Shown here piece by piece: positions 22,737 to 24,000 of a DNA stretch of 24,000 nt (position 1 is its first letter; the number at the start of each line of letters is the position of its first letter). The stretch spans positions 146,853-170,852 of the forward strand of contig VIAD01000007.1 of assembly GCA_006546595.1 (NCBI GenBank), read 5' to 3'. Source of the DNA: Moraxellaceae bacterium AER2_44_116 (GTDB lineage: Bacteria > Pseudomonadota > Gammaproteobacteria > Pseudomonadales > Moraxellaceae). The notes below the pieces were generated by a model. The model did not search any database and was not told where the DNA came from. It worked only from the letters and a program-made list of their open reading frames with translations. The translations under genes were made by a program, and so were the position numbers.

Positions 22737-24000
22737 TTAGAAATAAGACATCTCAAAGTTCATCACCGCATCCGAACCTGACTTCAATGACGCTAAACGC
22801 GAAGTCAACTCTGGCAACATGCGTGTCGTGAAGAATTGCGCTAAACGCAATTTATCTGCATAGAACACGTCATCTTTACCAACGGCCGCTTTGGACATTT
22901 TTGCCCACATATAGGCATAACACAACAAACCAAACGCATGAAGATAGTCAACCGCTGCGGCATTGATTTCGTCAGGATTACGGTTTGCTTGTTCAATGAC
23001 CCATTGTGTCGCCACTTCAATTTCTTTCGCTGCTTGCTCTAAGGCATTATGAATAAACGCCAAGTTAGCATCGCCCGCCAAGGTTGCATTAAAGTCACGG
23101 ATTTCCGCAATAAACGAAGCCACAAACACACCATTATTTTTGGCAACTTTACGTCCCATTAAATCTTGTGCTTGTACGCCGTTAGTGCCTTCGTAAATTT
23201 GGGCAATACGGGTATCACGGACATATTGTTCCATGCCCCATTCACGAATAAAACCATGACCACCAAATACTTGCTGTGCTTCTACACAAGCATCAAAACC
23301 TTTATCGGTTAAGTAGGCTTTAACAACAGGAGTCAACAAAGCAACACGGTCAGCGGCGGCTTGGCTAACGGCAGGGTCATCGCTATATTTTGTTTGGTCA
23401 AGAATTTGTGCGGCGTACATCGCGAAGCAACGTGCGGCTTCGTTATGAGCGCGTACACGCAACAACATCCGACGCACATCAGGATGAACCAATAAGCTAT
23501 CGGCCATTTTTTCAGGCATTTTTGCGCCAGTTGCCGAACGGCCTTGTAGACGGTCACGGGCATAAGCGGCTGCATTTTGGTAAGCCGCCTCGGACGCGCC
23601 TAAACCTTGAATACCCATCGACAAACGCTCGTAATTCATCATCACAAACATTGCCGCCAAGCCTTGATTCACTTTACCAATCAAAAAACCTTTAGCACTG
23701 TCAAAGTTCATCACACAAGTTGCTGAACCTTTGATACCCATTTTATGTTCGATAGAACCAGCGGCCGCAGGATTACGCGCACCTAAAGAACCATCTTCGT
23801 TCACTAAAAACTTAGGTACGAGGAACAAAGAAATACCGCGTGAACCTGCGGGTGCATCGGGTAATTTAGCTAATACCAAATGAACAATATTCTCGGTTAA
23901 ATCGTGCTCACCACCCGTAATGAAGATTTTTGTGCCACTAATAGCATAACTACCGTCAGCCAATGGCTCAGCTTTAGTCCGAATAATACCCAAGTCTGTA
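22737..24000 (-). CDS. large (FadE/AcdA-type, ~600 aa class) acyl-CoA dehydrogenase, C-terminal two thirds; continues beyond window end
   Basis: The frame stays open to position 24000 (..TDLGIIRTKAEP..). Carries KIFITGGEHDLTENIVHLVLAKLPDAPAGSRGISLFLVPKF and YEGTNGVQAQDL, followed by a long C-terminal helical extension typical of this ACAD class. Confidence 0.9.
   Translation of the reverse strand, partial: TDLGIIRTKAEPLADGSYAISGTKIFITGGEHDLTENIVHLVLAKLPDAPAGSRGISLFLVPKFLVNEDGSLGARNPAAAGSIEHKMGIKGSATCVMNFDSAKGFLIGKVNQGLAAMFVMMNYERLSMGIQGLGASEAAYQNAAAYARDRLQGRSATGAKMPEKMADSLLVHPDVRRMLLRVRAHNEAARCFAMYAAQILDQTKYSDDPAVSQAAADRVALLTPVVKAYLTDKGFDACVEAQQVFGGHGFIREWGMEQYVRDTRIAQIYEGTNGVQAQDLMGRKVAKNNGVFVASFIAEIRDFNATLAGDANLAFIHNALEQAAKEIEVATQWVIEQANRNPDEINAAAVDYLHAFGLLCYAYMWAKMSKAAVGKDDVFYADKLRLAQFFTTRMLPELTSRLASLKSGSDAVMNFEMSYF

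Noticed and set aside
1-24000. A mobile genomic island, CRISPR array, tRNA/rRNA genes or a prophage.
   Set aside because: I saw no transposase, integrase or phage-like ORFs, no regularly spaced direct repeats, and no tRNA-like or rRNA-like sequence. The only mobile-looking features are the small palindromic repeats.

Overview
This is a densely coding chromosomal segment with 23 CDS that looks gammaproteobacterial. That taxonomic guess rests only on protein similarity judged by eye.

Gene content, left to right:
- An EmrAB-type efflux pair (a partial EmrB-like MFS permease and an EmrA/HlyD adaptor) is divergent from a tetR-tolC-orphan operon.
- A hydrocarbon-oxidation supercluster follows. A TetR gene plus a 2x[4Fe-4S] ferredoxin gene are divergent from a type I Baeyer-Villiger/flavin monooxygenase and an SDR.
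- That pair is convergent with a CYP153-type three-component alkane hydroxylase operon: 2Fe-2S ferredoxin, CYP153 P450, a START-like protein with an apparent signal peptide, and an FAD ferredoxin reductase. A divergent AraC regulator controls it.
- Next come an ArsR / ArsP-like permease / small thioredoxin-like triad and an OsmC gene.
- A CHASE2 class III cyclase is divergent from a polytopic hybrid histidine kinase with two receiver domains.
- Two hypothetical proteins follow (a 348 aa cytosolic protein and a 367 aa secreted putative barrel), then a partial large acyl-CoA dehydrogenase.

I found no rRNA, tRNA, CRISPR array, transposase or integrase.

The most unusual signal is non-coding. A 98-99 nt element is closed by an 11-bp terminal stem and contains two inner hairpins. 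It occurs three times (4968-5065, 14737-14835, 21348-21446). The copies differ almost only by compensatory changes in the stems, while the joining segments stay invariant. This makes it a candidate structured RNA or a hairpin-recognised mobile element.

Separate GC-rich REP-like palindrome families sit at most gene junctions. One of them supplies the last 13 codons and the stop codon of the AraC regulator gene.

All functional calls come from motif recognition by eye. No database search was run.
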